64,000 nt of DNA from an uncultured delta proteobacterium (GCA_963772835.1 CAVYYZ010000011.1:32001-96000); one strand, 5' to 3'; positions 38,178 through 47,524 are shown, counted from the stretch's first letter. A program made the numbers and translations. The notes: a model not told the origin generated them from the sequence alone.

Positions 38178-38264
38178 ATGAACTCAAACCGCTTCTATAT
38201 CGCATTCAGCTTTTACTTTTGGTCCGGCTTTTATTTCAGGCCGTCTGCCCGGGTAGAGGTGTAA
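38178..38264 (+). CDS. aromatic-amino-acid-rich attenuator leader peptide (28 aa) MNSNRFYIAFSFYFWSGFYFRPSARVEV
   Basis: 6 Phe, 3 Tyr and 1 Trp within codons 6-20; lies upstream of DAHP synthase and is followed by a terminator. Confidence 0.85.
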   Translation: MNSNRFYIAFSFYFWSGFYFRPSARVEV

Positions 38265-38290
38265 GCGAAGAAGCTATCACACGAATCCAC

Positions 38291-38324
38291 AAACCGGGGC
38301 AGACGAAAGTCTCCCCGGTTTTTT
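38291..38324 (+). terminator. attenuator terminator in the aroF leader
   Basis: AAACCGGGG(C)AGAC-GAAA-GTCTCCCCGGTTT plus T run; its 5' arm can alternatively pair with 38242-38250. Confidence 0.88.
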
Positions 38325-38399
38325 GCTGTCTGTTAACTCAGTTCAGCCAGGGCCGGGGGAAACTTCCGGCCCTCAACGTTTGCGGGAAAGGATCGAGGG

Positions 38400-39419
38400 A
38401 TGATAATCGTAATGAAGGCAGGAGCCGCAAAGAAAGACAAGGATGAGGTCTTGAAGCGTATCAAGGCATTGGGGTACACGTCGCATGTAATTCATGGTGC
38501 GACCCGGGACGTAATCGGAGCAATCGGTGACGAGCGCGGCAAGTCGGCTCTGCAGGCGCTTGAGTCTCTGCATGGCGTGGAAAATGTCGTTCCAATTCTG
38601 CAGCCGTATAAACTGGCTTCACTGGAAGTCAAAAAGGAGTCCAGCGTGGTACGGATCAGCGACACTGTTGTCATCGGCGGCCCGCAGATTGTCATCATGG
38701 CCGGCCCGTGTTCTGTTGAGAGTGAAGAGCAGATTGTCGAATCCGCCCTCGCGGTAAAAAAAGCCGGAGCTCACATTCTGCGCGGCGGGGCATTCAAACC
38801 GCGCACTTCACCGTATTCCTTCCAGGGGCTTGAAGAAGAGGGATTGAAGCTGCTGGCAAAGGCTCGCGATATTACCGGGCTCCCTTTTGTTACTGAAGTT
38901 ATCAACCCTGAAACAGCCGAAATGGTTGCCGACTATGCCGATATCCTGCAGATTGGTGCCCGTAATTCACAGAACTTTGCCCTGCTTAAAAAAGTCGGTC
39001 AGCTTGGCAAGCCGGTGCTGCTCAAAAGGGGTATGGCGATGACGATTCAGGAACTCCTGATGAGCGCCGAATACATCATGAGCGAAGGCAACCAGGCGGT
39101 TATCCTCTGCGAAAGGGGTATTCGAACCTTTGAAACGGCCACCCGCAATACCCTTGATCTGTCTGCAATTCCGGTTCTGAAGGGAAAAACACATCTGCCG
39201 GTTGTTATCGACCCGTCTCACGGTACAGGCAATCATCATTACGTCGCTCCGATGAGCTATGCAGCCGTAGCAGCTGGTGCCGACGGGTTGATCATTGAAG
39301 TACACCCGGATCCGGAACATGCTTCGTCTGACGGCGCCCAGTCTTTGAAACCGGCAAAATTCGAGAGAATGATGCAGAAATTACGGCTGTTCGCCGAGGT
39401 GGATGGAAGGACGCTGTAG
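38400..39419 (+). CDS. aroF: DAHP synthase type I-beta with N-terminal regulatory domain
   Basis: [39 protein letters not shown]. Confidence 0.95.
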   Translation: MIIVMKAGAAKKDKDEVLKRIKALGYTSHVIHGATRDVIGAIGDERGKSALQALESLHGVENVVPILQPYKLASLEVKKESSVVRISDTVVIGGPQIVIMAGPCSVESEEQIVESALAVKKAGAHILRGGAFKPRTSPYSFQGLEEEGLKLLAKARDITGLPFVTEVINPETAEMVADYADILQIGARNSQNFALLKKVGQLGKPVLLKRGMAMTIQELLMSAEYIMSEGNQAVILCERGIRTFETATRNTLDLSAIPVLKGKTHLPVVIDPSHGTGNHHYVAPMSYAAVAAGADGLIIEVHPDPEHASSDGAQSLKPAKFERMMQKLRLFAEVDGRTL

Positions 39420-39446
39420 CAGTATAATCTAGGAAAAAGCATTTGA

Positions 39447-39582
39447 AACACGGAGCAACAGAGCAACAGAGCAACCCTGAAAAGAATTCTGATGGAGAAC
39501 TATTTTGAGACCTACTGCAGGCAGTGTCTCCCACTTTTTCTGCAAGGATTTTGCATTCTCAGTTGCTCTGTTGCTCTGTGTT
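39447..39582. repeat. palindromic element with octamer-repeat arms (AGCAACAG)n
   Basis: left arm AACACGGAGCAACAGAGCAACAGAGCAAC; right arm GTTGCTCTGTTGCTCTGTGTT (20/21 complementary); between convergent genes. Confidence 0.85.
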
Positions 39583-39600
39583 AAATTGATTATTTTTTGG

Positions 39601-40839
39601 TTACTCGGCATGGTCGGGATACATCTTTTCAATCTGCCGGAACGTGTCAATGCACTCAAGAAAGACCTCAACCAGTTCAGGATCGAACTGCTTTCCCGCC
39701 TCTGCGCGGATATTTTCCAGCACTTCGCTCTCATTCCACGCCTCCTTGTAACAGCGCCGGCAGGAAAGGGCGTCATAGACATCGGCCAGTGCAACAACTC
39801 TTCCGAAAAACGGGATTTCGTCTCCGCGCTTTCCCAGTGCCGATCCGTTTTCATTTTCAAAGCCGGGAAGTGCTTTCTGAGTCAGCGGATCAATGTGGCC
39901 GGGATAGCCGTTGCCGTCCCACCGCTCGTGGTGGCTGATTGCTACAATGGCGGCTGATTCGTCAAAATCCGAATAAATATCTGAAAACAGATTGGCTCCG
40001 AAAAGCGTATGCAGCTTCATGACCTGAAATTCTTCGGGTGTGAAGCGTCCCGGTTTCTTCAGGATGTTGTCTGAAATCGCAACCTTGCCCACATCGTGCA
40101 GCATGGCGGACATGCGCAGCACATCCCGGTTTCGATCAATTTCCGGCTGGGGAACGTTATGCTTGAAAGCCCAGGCTTCGTACAGGGCAACAGAGTAGGC
40201 GGCGACCCGGTTGACATGAGGGCCGGTTTCTTTAGGGTCGCGCAGTTCGGCCATTTTGTTCATGCGCAGGATTATCTCTCTGGTCATCTTTGCACGTTCG
40301 ATCGCATTGGCGGCGTTGTTGGCAAAGTACAATATGATTTCTTCGTCATCTTGGGCAAAGGGAATAGTGTCGCCATGATTGTCGATCGCATTGATCAGCT
40401 GAAGTATGCCGATAACGTCTCCGCGAAAATTCTGCAGCGGGATTGTCAGCATGGAGCAGGTCCGGTACCCGGTAAGATCATCGTACGACCTGTTAAATGA
40501 AAACGGATAATAGTTGCTGACTTCATATACGTCTGAGATGTTCAGGATAGAGCCGTTTGAAGCGACATAACCGGCAATTGAACCGTTGCTGATCGGGACG
40601 CTGAAGGTGGAATAGGGAAGTTTTCTGCCCGGCGGGAGCTGTCGCTGTAAGGTGTCGTTCTGGGCATAGCGAAAGGTCAGATTATCTCCCTCGCGGACAT
40701 AGATTGAACCGGCATCGCAGTTTGTAAAACCACGCGCCTCGAGCAGAATTTTCTCCAGGAGAAGATCAATGTCCTTAATCTGCGAAATTTCATAGCCAAG
40801 ATCGATAATCTTACGGAGTTTTTCTTCCTGACTCGCCAT
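39601..40839 (-). CDS. GAF plus HD-GYP cyclic dinucleotide phosphodiesterase
   Basis: GAF (D..TGY.T.SML..P), ET..HV.R, LHDVGK, HHERWDGNGYP, ADVYDAL; ATG after AAAGGGG. Confidence 0.92.
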   Translation of the reverse strand: MASQEEKLRKIIDLGYEISQIKDIDLLLEKILLEARGFTNCDAGSIYVREGDNLTFRYAQNDTLQRQLPPGRKLPYSTFSVPISNGSIAGYVASNGSILNISDVYEVSNYYPFSFNRSYDDLTGYRTCSMLTIPLQNFRGDVIGILQLINAIDNHGDTIPFAQDDEEIILYFANNAANAIERAKMTREIILRMNKMAELRDPKETGPHVNRVAAYSVALYEAWAFKHNVPQPEIDRNRDVLRMSAMLHDVGKVAISDNILKKPGRFTPEEFQVMKLHTLFGANLFSDIYSDFDESAAIVAISHHERWDGNGYPGHIDPLTQKALPGFENENGSALGKRGDEIPFFGRVVALADVYDALSCRRCYKEAWNESEVLENIRAEAGKQFDPELVEVFLECIDTFRQIEKMYPDHAE

Positions 40840-40997
40840 AATATCCCCTTTTAATCGCAGGTAAGTGTGCATATATACATTATTTGGAGCCGATAATCAA
40901 ATAGCAGTTTAGATGATGCTCGTGTACTGTTTTTTGACGTTGCACGGTGACGGTAATTACTCTACGATGCTCTTATTTTTTATGGGAGGATTCAACT

Positions 40998-41483
40998 ATG
41001 AATATCAGATCCTGTCTCGCTGCTGCAGTCGTGTTTATCGTTTTTCTTGCAAATCCCGGAACGGGAAGAGCGGTGGAGACGGGGGGTGCACTTGAAAAAA
41101 GCATGTCAGATACTCTCGATATCTGGCGTGAAGGCCGATACGAACAGCTTTTTGAGATGTTGGCACATCGCGGTAAAACCTCTCGCGAAACGTTTGTGCA
41201 TAAAATGCGTGAGTCATCAATCCATCCGGCCTGCTGCTGGCAGAAAATGGAGCACTTCAAGGTGTTGAACGAAAAACGTACCGAGGCTACGGTGTACGTT
41301 AAAATCGGACTGGAGGGGACTCCAGGCGCAGCCGAATCAACGACCCGTGAATTCAAGATGACTCACCAGGAAGGGGTCTGGAAGATGCAGCTGGCGGATG
41401 TCCTTTCGATTGCCGGGGCAACGGGTAAAAAAAAGGGCGGTACGAAACTTCACACGAAGAAGAACACTCTGCATTACAACTGA
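40998..41483 (+). CDS. exported hypothetical protein
   Basis: GGAGG RBS, signal peptide, PACCWQ motif, basic C-terminus. Confidence 0.7.
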   Translation: MNIRSCLAAAVVFIVFLANPGTGRAVETGGALEKSMSDTLDIWREGRYEQLFEMLAHRGKTSRETFVHKMRESSIHPACCWQKMEHFKVLNEKRTEATVYVKIGLEGTPGAAESTTREFKMTHQEGVWKMQLADVLSIAGATGKKKGGTKLHTKKNTLHYN

Positions 41484-41528
41484 TACAGCAGAGTGCCGGT
41501 CTCACATTATATTCACCGGGGAACAACG

Positions 41529-42671
41529 ATGAATGATTCAGCCGAACGAAACGATCTGGCCGGATATGCCTGTACCAGCGGTGCTTCACGTGGCCGTAAA
41601 TATCCTGAAGAGCATCGTGATAACCGCCCCGCCTTCGAGCGTGACCGTGACCGCATTGTTCACTGTGCCGCTTTCAGGCGGCTTGAGTACAAGACGCAGG
41701 TCTTCGTCAATCATGAAGGGGATTATTACCGCACCCGGCTGACGCACTCGCTTGAGGTGGCTCAGATCGGGAGGGCCATCGCCCGGAAATTACATTTGAA
41801 TGAGGAACTGACGGAGGCCCTTGCCTTATCTCATGACCTGGGGCATACACCGTTCGGACATACCGGTGAAGAAGTTCTTAATCGACTGATGCAGGGTTTT
41901 GGCGGTTTTGAGCATAACATGCAGTCTTTTCGTGTCGTGGACGAACTGGAAGAGAGGTACCCCGGGTTTAACGGATTGAATCTGACATGGGAGGTGCGTG
42001 AGGGAATCATTAAACACTCAACTCCTTACGATGCCGCCAGTGAAATAATGGCCGAATTCCTGCCGGGGACTGTCCCCTCCATTGAGGGGCAGATCATTAA
42101 TTACGCCGACGAAATCGCGTATAACAACCATGATATCGATGACGGCCTGAAATCGGGCTACATAACACTGGAGATGCTTGGACAGGTGGATCTGTGGCGC
42201 GATGTCTGTTCAGAAGTACGACGGAAATATCCGGCAATCGACGATAAACGACTCGTCTACCAGACAATCAGCGCCCTGATCGGATTGTTGATCGGTGATC
42301 TCTGTACGACGACGGCATCTAATCTTCAAAAATTCAACATAGTTTCCCGGGATGATTTGCAGCGGGTAAACCGTGCCGTTGTTCATTTTAATGACGACAT
42401 AACCGTTCGTAACCTTGCGCTCAAAAAGTTTCTGTTCCAGAACCTGTATCGCCATTACAAGGTGGAAAAGATGCGGGTTAAGTCTGAACTGTTCATTACC
42501 CGTTTATTCGAAACGTATCTGCGTTACCCCAATCTGCTGCCGCCGAAATACCAATCACGATGTGAATATTTCGGTCTTCAACGGGTTGTCTGTGATTACA
42601 TTGCCGGCATGACTGACCGGTTTGCGCTTGATGAATATAAACGACTGTTCGACCCATACGAAAGAGTGTAA
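41529..42671 (+). CDS. dgt: deoxyguanosinetriphosphate triphosphohydrolase
   Basis: RDRDRI.H..AFRRL..KTQVF, RTRLTHSLEV, HDLGH.PFGH.GE, DYIAGMTD. Confidence 0.95.
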   Translation: MNDSAERNDLAGYACTSGASRGRKYPEEHRDNRPAFERDRDRIVHCAAFRRLEYKTQVFVNHEGDYYRTRLTHSLEVAQIGRAIARKLHLNEELTEALALSHDLGHTPFGHTGEEVLNRLMQGFGGFEHNMQSFRVVDELEERYPGFNGLNLTWEVREGIIKHSTPYDAASEIMAEFLPGTVPSIEGQIINYADEIAYNNHDIDDGLKSGYITLEMLGQVDLWRDVCSEVRRKYPAIDDKRLVYQTISALIGLLIGDLCTTTASNLQKFNIVSRDDLQRVNRAVVHFNDDITVRNLALKKFLFQNLYRHYKVEKMRVKSELFITRLFETYLRYPNLLPPKYQSRCEYFGLQRVVCDYIAGMTDRFALDEYKRLFDPYERV

Positions 42672-42675
42672 CTAA

Positions 42676-43281
42676 ATGAAAGAAACAGTAAAACCCGAAC
42701 AATTTGACTTTTTTGCCTTTCTTTCCCGCATGCGTTATATCAGTCGCTGGGGTTTGATGCGCAACACCGTCCCGGAAAACATTCAGGAGCACAGCCTCGA
42801 TGTGGCTGTCATCGCACACGCGTTGGCAATGATCCGCAATACGTATTTTGGCGGCACTCTTGATCCATCCCGCGCGGCAATGTACGGGATCTTTCACGAT
42901 GCCAGTGAAATATTCACCGGAGACATGCCGACGCCGGTCAAGCACTTCAATCCGAACTTCAAGCGGTCATTTCATCAACTTGAGGATCGTGCCCGGAGGA
43001 AACTCCTGGCGATGCTGCCGCCGGAACTTGCCCGGGAATATGAGCCGCTGTTCTTTTTTGAAGATCAGGAAGAGTATGTCCATCTGGTAAAGTCCGCTGA
43101 CAAAATTGCGGCCCTGACGAAGTGCATTGAAGAGGGAAAGAGCGGTAACCATGAGTTCCGTCGTGCCGAAGCGGAGCATTTCGAGCAGTTGTCCGCCAGT
43201 CGACAGCCTGAAGTGATCTACTTTCTGGAAAAACTTCTCCCCGGCTACCGCCTGTCACTGGATGAGTTGAAATTGGGGTAG
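42676..43281 (+). CDS. yfbR: 5'-deoxynucleotidase (HD family)
   Basis: RMRYI.RW.LMRN...EN..EHS, HDASE..TGD.PTPVK, VK.ADK. Confidence 0.92.
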   Translation: MKETVKPEQFDFFAFLSRMRYISRWGLMRNTVPENIQEHSLDVAVIAHALAMIRNTYFGGTLDPSRAAMYGIFHDASEIFTGDMPTPVKHFNPNFKRSFHQLEDRARRKLLAMLPPELAREYEPLFFFEDQEEYVHLVKSADKIAALTKCIEEGKSGNHEFRRAEAEHFEQLSASRQPEVIYFLEKLLPGYRLSLDELKLG

Positions 43282-43323
43282 CTAAAAACGGCCCCCGGAA
43301 ATATTTTCGGGGGCCGTTTTTAG
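43282..43323. terminator. bidirectional intrinsic terminator
   Basis: CTAAAAACGGCCCCCG/CGGGGGCCGTTTTTAG between convergent genes. Confidence 0.88.
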
Positions 43324-43367
43324 TTACACGTATGTACACAATAGCTGTTTTTCAGGAATAATTTTGA

Positions 43368-44375
43368 TTACGCCACCAGATATTTCTCCACCGCTTCCGG
43401 ATCCATGTCATTTACCACGGAAAAAATCTGTGTCGAATCATTGAGTCGCATTTCAATCCTGCATTTAGCGCCAAATTCTGCTTTCGTATATCGGAGCATA
43501 ATTCTGGCGCTGAGACGGTAGAGATCATCATTCTGGTCGCCGATAATAATTGCCACCGGTGTGTTGCCATCCAGCCAGGTCAGCGCTGCTTCTCCCGACT
43601 GGCGTGCATGCTCAAGCTGATTGTTGTCCCCCTCGCTGCGCCCCATGATCGCCTTGCTCTGCGGAGCGATGCGGAAGTGACGCCCGGTTTTGAGCAGCCG
43701 GAAATCGCGCAGGTTGAGCTCCTCCGAGTGATCAAAAACATCCTTTATTTTCGGGACGAACGACAATTCAGTCAGCAGGCAGCCACCGGCCGGGCAGGGG
43801 TAGTTTTTGACATCAAGATCATCAGCCATCTGCATCTGGATTGAGCGTGACCGGCCTTCAATTGCCAGCATTTTGTCTCTATTCACCCACCCCTCTTTTT
43901 CGGGGATCGTCGCTTCGAAATGTCTGGCGGAAAGCGGCCGGAGCAGCAGTCCTTCAAGCCCGCTTTCCCGCTCGATGACACGCAGTGTATCCCGCCGCTG
44001 GCTCATCGGTCGCTGGCCGAGCACTTCACCGGTAAACACAAAATCGGCGCCGCTCTCAAGCATATATTCTTTGGCTTTCCTGAGCAGATAAATCCGGCAG
44101 TCAATACAGGGATTAACCCCTTTCCCGTAGCCGTGAACAGGATTTCGGACGATTTCGAGATAATCCAGCCCCTTGTGTACAACTTTGATCGGGATGTTGT
44201 ATTCCTGCGCGACCCGGACCGCCTCGGATTTGCAGCCGGAGTTTTTTCCGGTACAGGTACAAAAAGGGGAGGTGAAATTGAGGGCTTCGACTTCGATACC
44301 GAGATCAAGCATCATCTTGACGGCCAGAGTGGAGTCGAGTCCTCCGGAGAGGAGGGCAATTGCTTTTCGTTTCAT
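43368..44375 (-). CDS. PP-loop tRNA sulfurtransferase-like protein (ThiI/MnmA-like, no THUMP domain seen)
   Basis: SGGLDS, NPCIDC, TGEVLGQRPMSQ, PCPAGGC. Confidence 0.82.
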   Translation of the reverse strand: MKRKAIALLSGGLDSTLAVKMMLDLGIEVEALNFTSPFCTCTGKNSGCKSEAVRVAQEYNIPIKVVHKGLDYLEIVRNPVHGYGKGVNPCIDCRIYLLRKAKEYMLESGADFVFTGEVLGQRPMSQRRDTLRVIERESGLEGLLLRPLSARHFEATIPEKEGWVNRDKMLAIEGRSRSIQMQMADDLDVKNYPCPAGGCLLTELSFVPKIKDVFDHSEELNLRDFRLLKTGRHFRIAPQSKAIMGRSEGDNNQLEHARQSGEAALTWLDGNTPVAIIIGDQNDDLYRLSARIMLRYTKAEFGAKCRIEMRLNDSTQIFSVVNDMDPEAVEKYLVA

Positions 44376-44764
44376 ATGTAAAGAGCTCCTGGGGCTCCAT
44401 GACGAGAACATTCAGAACAAGCGGTGACCGTCACAGGACCGATTTTCATTAAGGCTAGCATGCCGTACGATCGAATGTAAAGCGGTAAGTCGTCATCTTG
44501 ACACTTGGAACCTCGTTGGATTTCTGTTACCTTTTGCGGTACGCCGGTTGTTGCCGGACTCAATTTCAATTTAACTGAAACCGGCAGTTCAATAACACGG
44601 AGCCGCGGAGAATAGTGAGAAATAAAAGATGTAAGGTCTGAAACAAAAATACCTTTTGGTGGGCCTTAAGGCTTCTTGTTTGTCTGTAACTATCAGGTTT
44701 TAAACTTTTATTCAGTATCTACGTGTTGAATGCTTTTTCCAGCGTTAATCTTTAATTTAACGGG

Positions 44765-45316
44765 ATGTGCTGCATGTGGACAACAACATTACTGGCCCGT
44801 TATCTTGATGGTGAGCCCCTGCACATTGTGGCCGAACACAGCCGGTACGTCGCAGATCTCGCGCTGGAAGTTGCCGGCCGCTTCACAATGAGTGATGATG
44901 ACCGCCGATTTATTGAAGAAGCGGCACTGCTGCACGACATCGGTGTCAGTCAGGTACATGCACCCGAACTCGGACTGTACGGGGAACACCCGTACATCAT
45001 GCATGGCGTACTCGGGCGTGATATTCTGGAGAGAGAAGGGTACCCGATCCATGCGCTCGTATGTGAACGCCACACCGGCGTCGGATTGACCTGCGAAGAT
45101 GTAATCCGGCAAAAATTGCCGCTTCCGCATCGGGACATGTGCCCGGTATCACTTGCAGAGCAGATAATCTGTTTTTCCGATTTATTCTATTCAAAGAAAC
45201 CGGGCAGATTGGCTGAACGCAAGAGTGTTGAAAGGGTGAGGATGAAGCTGCTCCCTTTCGGGGAAGAAAAAGCGGCTGTTTTTGAATTGTGGCTGGCAAA
45301 ATTTAATTATACATAA
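44765..45316 (+). CDS. HD-domain metal-dependent phosphohydrolase (start uncertain)
   Basis: EHS..VA, ALLHDIG, HG..G, CERH.G, ICFSDLFYSK. Confidence 0.85.
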   Translation: MCCMWTTTLLARYLDGEPLHIVAEHSRYVADLALEVAGRFTMSDDDRRFIEEAALLHDIGVSQVHAPELGLYGEHPYIMHGVLGRDILEREGYPIHALVCERHTGVGLTCEDVIRQKLPLPHRDMCPVSLAEQIICFSDLFYSKKPGRLAERKSVERVRMKLLPFGEEKAAVFELWLAKFNYT

Positions 45317-45346
45317 GTCGAATCAGAGCAAATATAATCTCTGTTT

Positions 45347-45436
45347 TCACGCAACGACTCAACGACGCAACGCTTAAAACTTTGAATGTATGTTCAGTTC
45401 AAATGCCTTTCGTTGCGTCGTTGCGCCGTTGCGTGA
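45347..45436. repeat. palindromic element with octamer-repeat arms (CGCAACGA)n
   Basis: TCACGCAACGACTCAACGACGCAACG ... CGTTGCGTCGTTGCGCCGTTGCGTGA, 24/26 complementary, 38-nt AT-rich spacer. Confidence 0.85.
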
Positions 45437-45569
45437 GATATGCCTTGCTTGACTATTGTTTGAAATCAAAGTTGTAAGAGACTAAAACCGGTTGCTTTTT
45501 ATCATACCTTGTTTTACATTATCCTTCTTTTTTAACTTCTTGTAACGACTACCCACCAGGCGGTTTCCC

Positions 45570-46649
45570 TTGCAGAAAAAAGTGTTGCCCATTCAGGATC
45601 TCCGTTCGCGTATTGACAGTATTGATGATGCTATTCTTGACCTGTTGAATGAACGATCGCAAGTCGTTCTTGAAGTCGGGCGCCTCAAGTCAGGAAACAA
45701 TCTTGATTTTCACGTTCCGGGCCGTGAACGCCAGATCTATGAACGGCTGTTGAGCCAAAATCCTGGACCGTTTCCGAATGATGCACTGAAAAGTATTTAT
45801 CGTGAAATAATATCAGCCTGCCTGGCGCTGGAATCGCCGATGAAGGTCGCTTTTCTGGGGCCCAAGGCAACGTTCAGTCACCTGGCAACCATGCAGCAGT
45901 TTGGGCTTTCGGCCGAACTGGTCCCCATGAAATCAATCCCGTCGGTCTATGAAGAGGTGGAGAAGGGGAAGGCGCTGTACGGAGTCGTGCCGGTCGAGAA
46001 CTCGACAGAAGGGGTTATATCCCACACTCTGGACATGTTTGTGGAAAGCAAGCTGCAGATCACCGCCGAGATTCTTCTGGAGGTGCATCACGACCTGTTA
46101 TCCCGTACCGGCCGCCTGGAGGATATCAAAAAGGTCTACTCGCATTCGCAGCCAATTGCCCAGTGTCGCCAGTGGCTCGATGAAAATCTTCCCGGCATTC
46201 CCATGGTTGATGTCGCATCCACCGCCGTCGCGGCCCAGATTGTCAGTGAGGACTATACCGCGGCCGCCATAGCCAGTGAACTGGCCGCTTCGCTCTACGA
46301 TCTCAAGGTTGTCAGGAGCCGGATCGAAGATCAGGTCAATAACTTTACCCGTTTTCTGGTGATTTCCCGCAAAGGGTGTGACCGTTCGGGGAGTGATAAG
46401 ACTTCGGTACTCTTTTCGGTCAAGGATGAACCGGGAATTCTCTGTCGCATGTTGGAACCGTTTGCCAAGCGCGGCATCAACCTTACTAAGATCGAATCCC
46501 GGCCATACAAGAGCAAGGCATGGGAATACATCTTTTTCCTCGACCTTTTCGGCCATTATTCCGATCCTGATGTTTCTGAAGCTCTGGAGGAACTGAAGGG
46601 ATGCTGCCAGTTCCTTAAAGTTCTCGGATCATATCCGCGTTCGATGTAG
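45570..46649 (+). CDS. pheA: chorismate mutase/prephenate dehydratase (P-protein)
   Basis: LR..ID.ID CM domain, VPVENSTEG, NNFTRF, IESRP ACT motif; TTG start. Confidence 0.95.
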   Translation: MQKKVLPIQDLRSRIDSIDDAILDLLNERSQVVLEVGRLKSGNNLDFHVPGRERQIYERLLSQNPGPFPNDALKSIYREIISACLALESPMKVAFLGPKATFSHLATMQQFGLSAELVPMKSIPSVYEEVEKGKALYGVVPVENSTEGVISHTLDMFVESKLQITAEILLEVHHDLLSRTGRLEDIKKVYSHSQPIAQCRQWLDENLPGIPMVDVASTAVAAQIVSEDYTAAAIASELAASLYDLKVVRSRIEDQVNNFTRFLVISRKGCDRSGSDKTSVLFSVKDEPGILCRMLEPFAKRGINLTKIESRPYKSKAWEYIFFLDLFGHYSDPDVSEALEELKGCCQFLKVLGSYPRSM

Positions 46650-46660
46650 GAGGGGGTCGG

Positions 46661-47524
46661 ATGAGCGAGATTATAGAACGTCTGGCCATTATCGGTGTGG
46701 GACTGATCGGCGGCTCCCTTGTGCGCGCTCTGCGCGAGGCCGGGGTCGTGAAGAGCGTCGTCGGCATCGGCAGGTCCCGTCCAAACCTGGAGGAGGCGCT
46801 CTCCCTGGGCATCTGCGACGAGATAACCCAGGACCCGGTTGAAGGAGTACGGGGCGCCGATGTGGTGTTCATCTCTGTACCGGTCTGCGCTATCCCCGGT
46901 GTTGTCGCCGGGATCGCCCGGTCCCTGGCTCCCGGCTGCATCGTTACCGACGGGGGAAGCGTCAAAAGTGCTATTGTCAGCGAGTGCGAGGCGCTCATGC
47001 CATCGGGCTGTTTCTTCGTCGGCGGCCACCCTATAGCCGGTACCGAGCACACCGGCGCTGCCGCCTCATTCGCCACTCTCTACCGGGGCAGACGCTGTAT
47101 CCTGACGCCAACTGAGCGAACCGACGTTGCGGCTCTGGAACGGGTCGCCAGCATGTGGCGGCTTGCCGGAGCCGACGTCTGTTTCATGGAGCCGGGGCAT
47201 CACGACCGGATTTTCGCAGAGATTTCGCACCTGCCCCATATGGCGGCATATGCGTTGGTGCATGCCGTGGGGACTGCGGATGTGGAGGGGGAAAACGTCC
47301 TCTCCTATACAGCCGGTGGTTTCCGGGACTTCACTCGTATAGCCTCATCCGACCCGGCCATGTGGCGCGACATCGCCTTGATGAACCGGAATGCACTCCT
47401 GCAAAGCATCGACGGATTTTCGGCCAGCCTGACCGAGCTGCGCCGTCGTATCGAGGCGGGAGACGGCGCGGGGTTGAGTACGTTTTTCACTACTGCAAAA
47501 CAGTTCCGCGACGGAATCATCTGA
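46661..47524 (+). CDS. tyrA: prephenate/arogenate dehydrogenase
   Basis: GVGLIGGS, D.GSVK, HPIAGTE, SHLPH, GFRDFTRIASS. Confidence 0.94.
   Translation: MSEIIERLAIIGVGLIGGSLVRALREAGVVKSVVGIGRSRPNLEEALSLGICDEITQDPVEGVRGADVVFISVPVCAIPGVVAGIARSLAPGCIVTDGGSVKSAIVSECEALMPSGCFFVGGHPIAGTEHTGAAASFATLYRGRRCILTPTERTDVAALERVASMWRLAGADVCFMEPGHHDRIFAEISHLPHMAAYALVHAVGTADVEGENVLSYTAGGFRDFTRIASSDPAMWRDIALMNRNALLQSIDGFSASLTELRRRIEAGDGAGLSTFFTTAKQFRDGII

Noticed and set aside
39447..39582. CRISPR array interpretation of the octamer repeats
   Set aside because: The units are 8-nt tandem repeats without unique spacers, and no cas genes are present.
45492..45545. Possible Phe-rich leader peptide before pheA (TTG...SFFFNFL)
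   Set aside because: Starts inside the likely promoter, has no RBS and no downstream terminator; explained by the T-rich composition.
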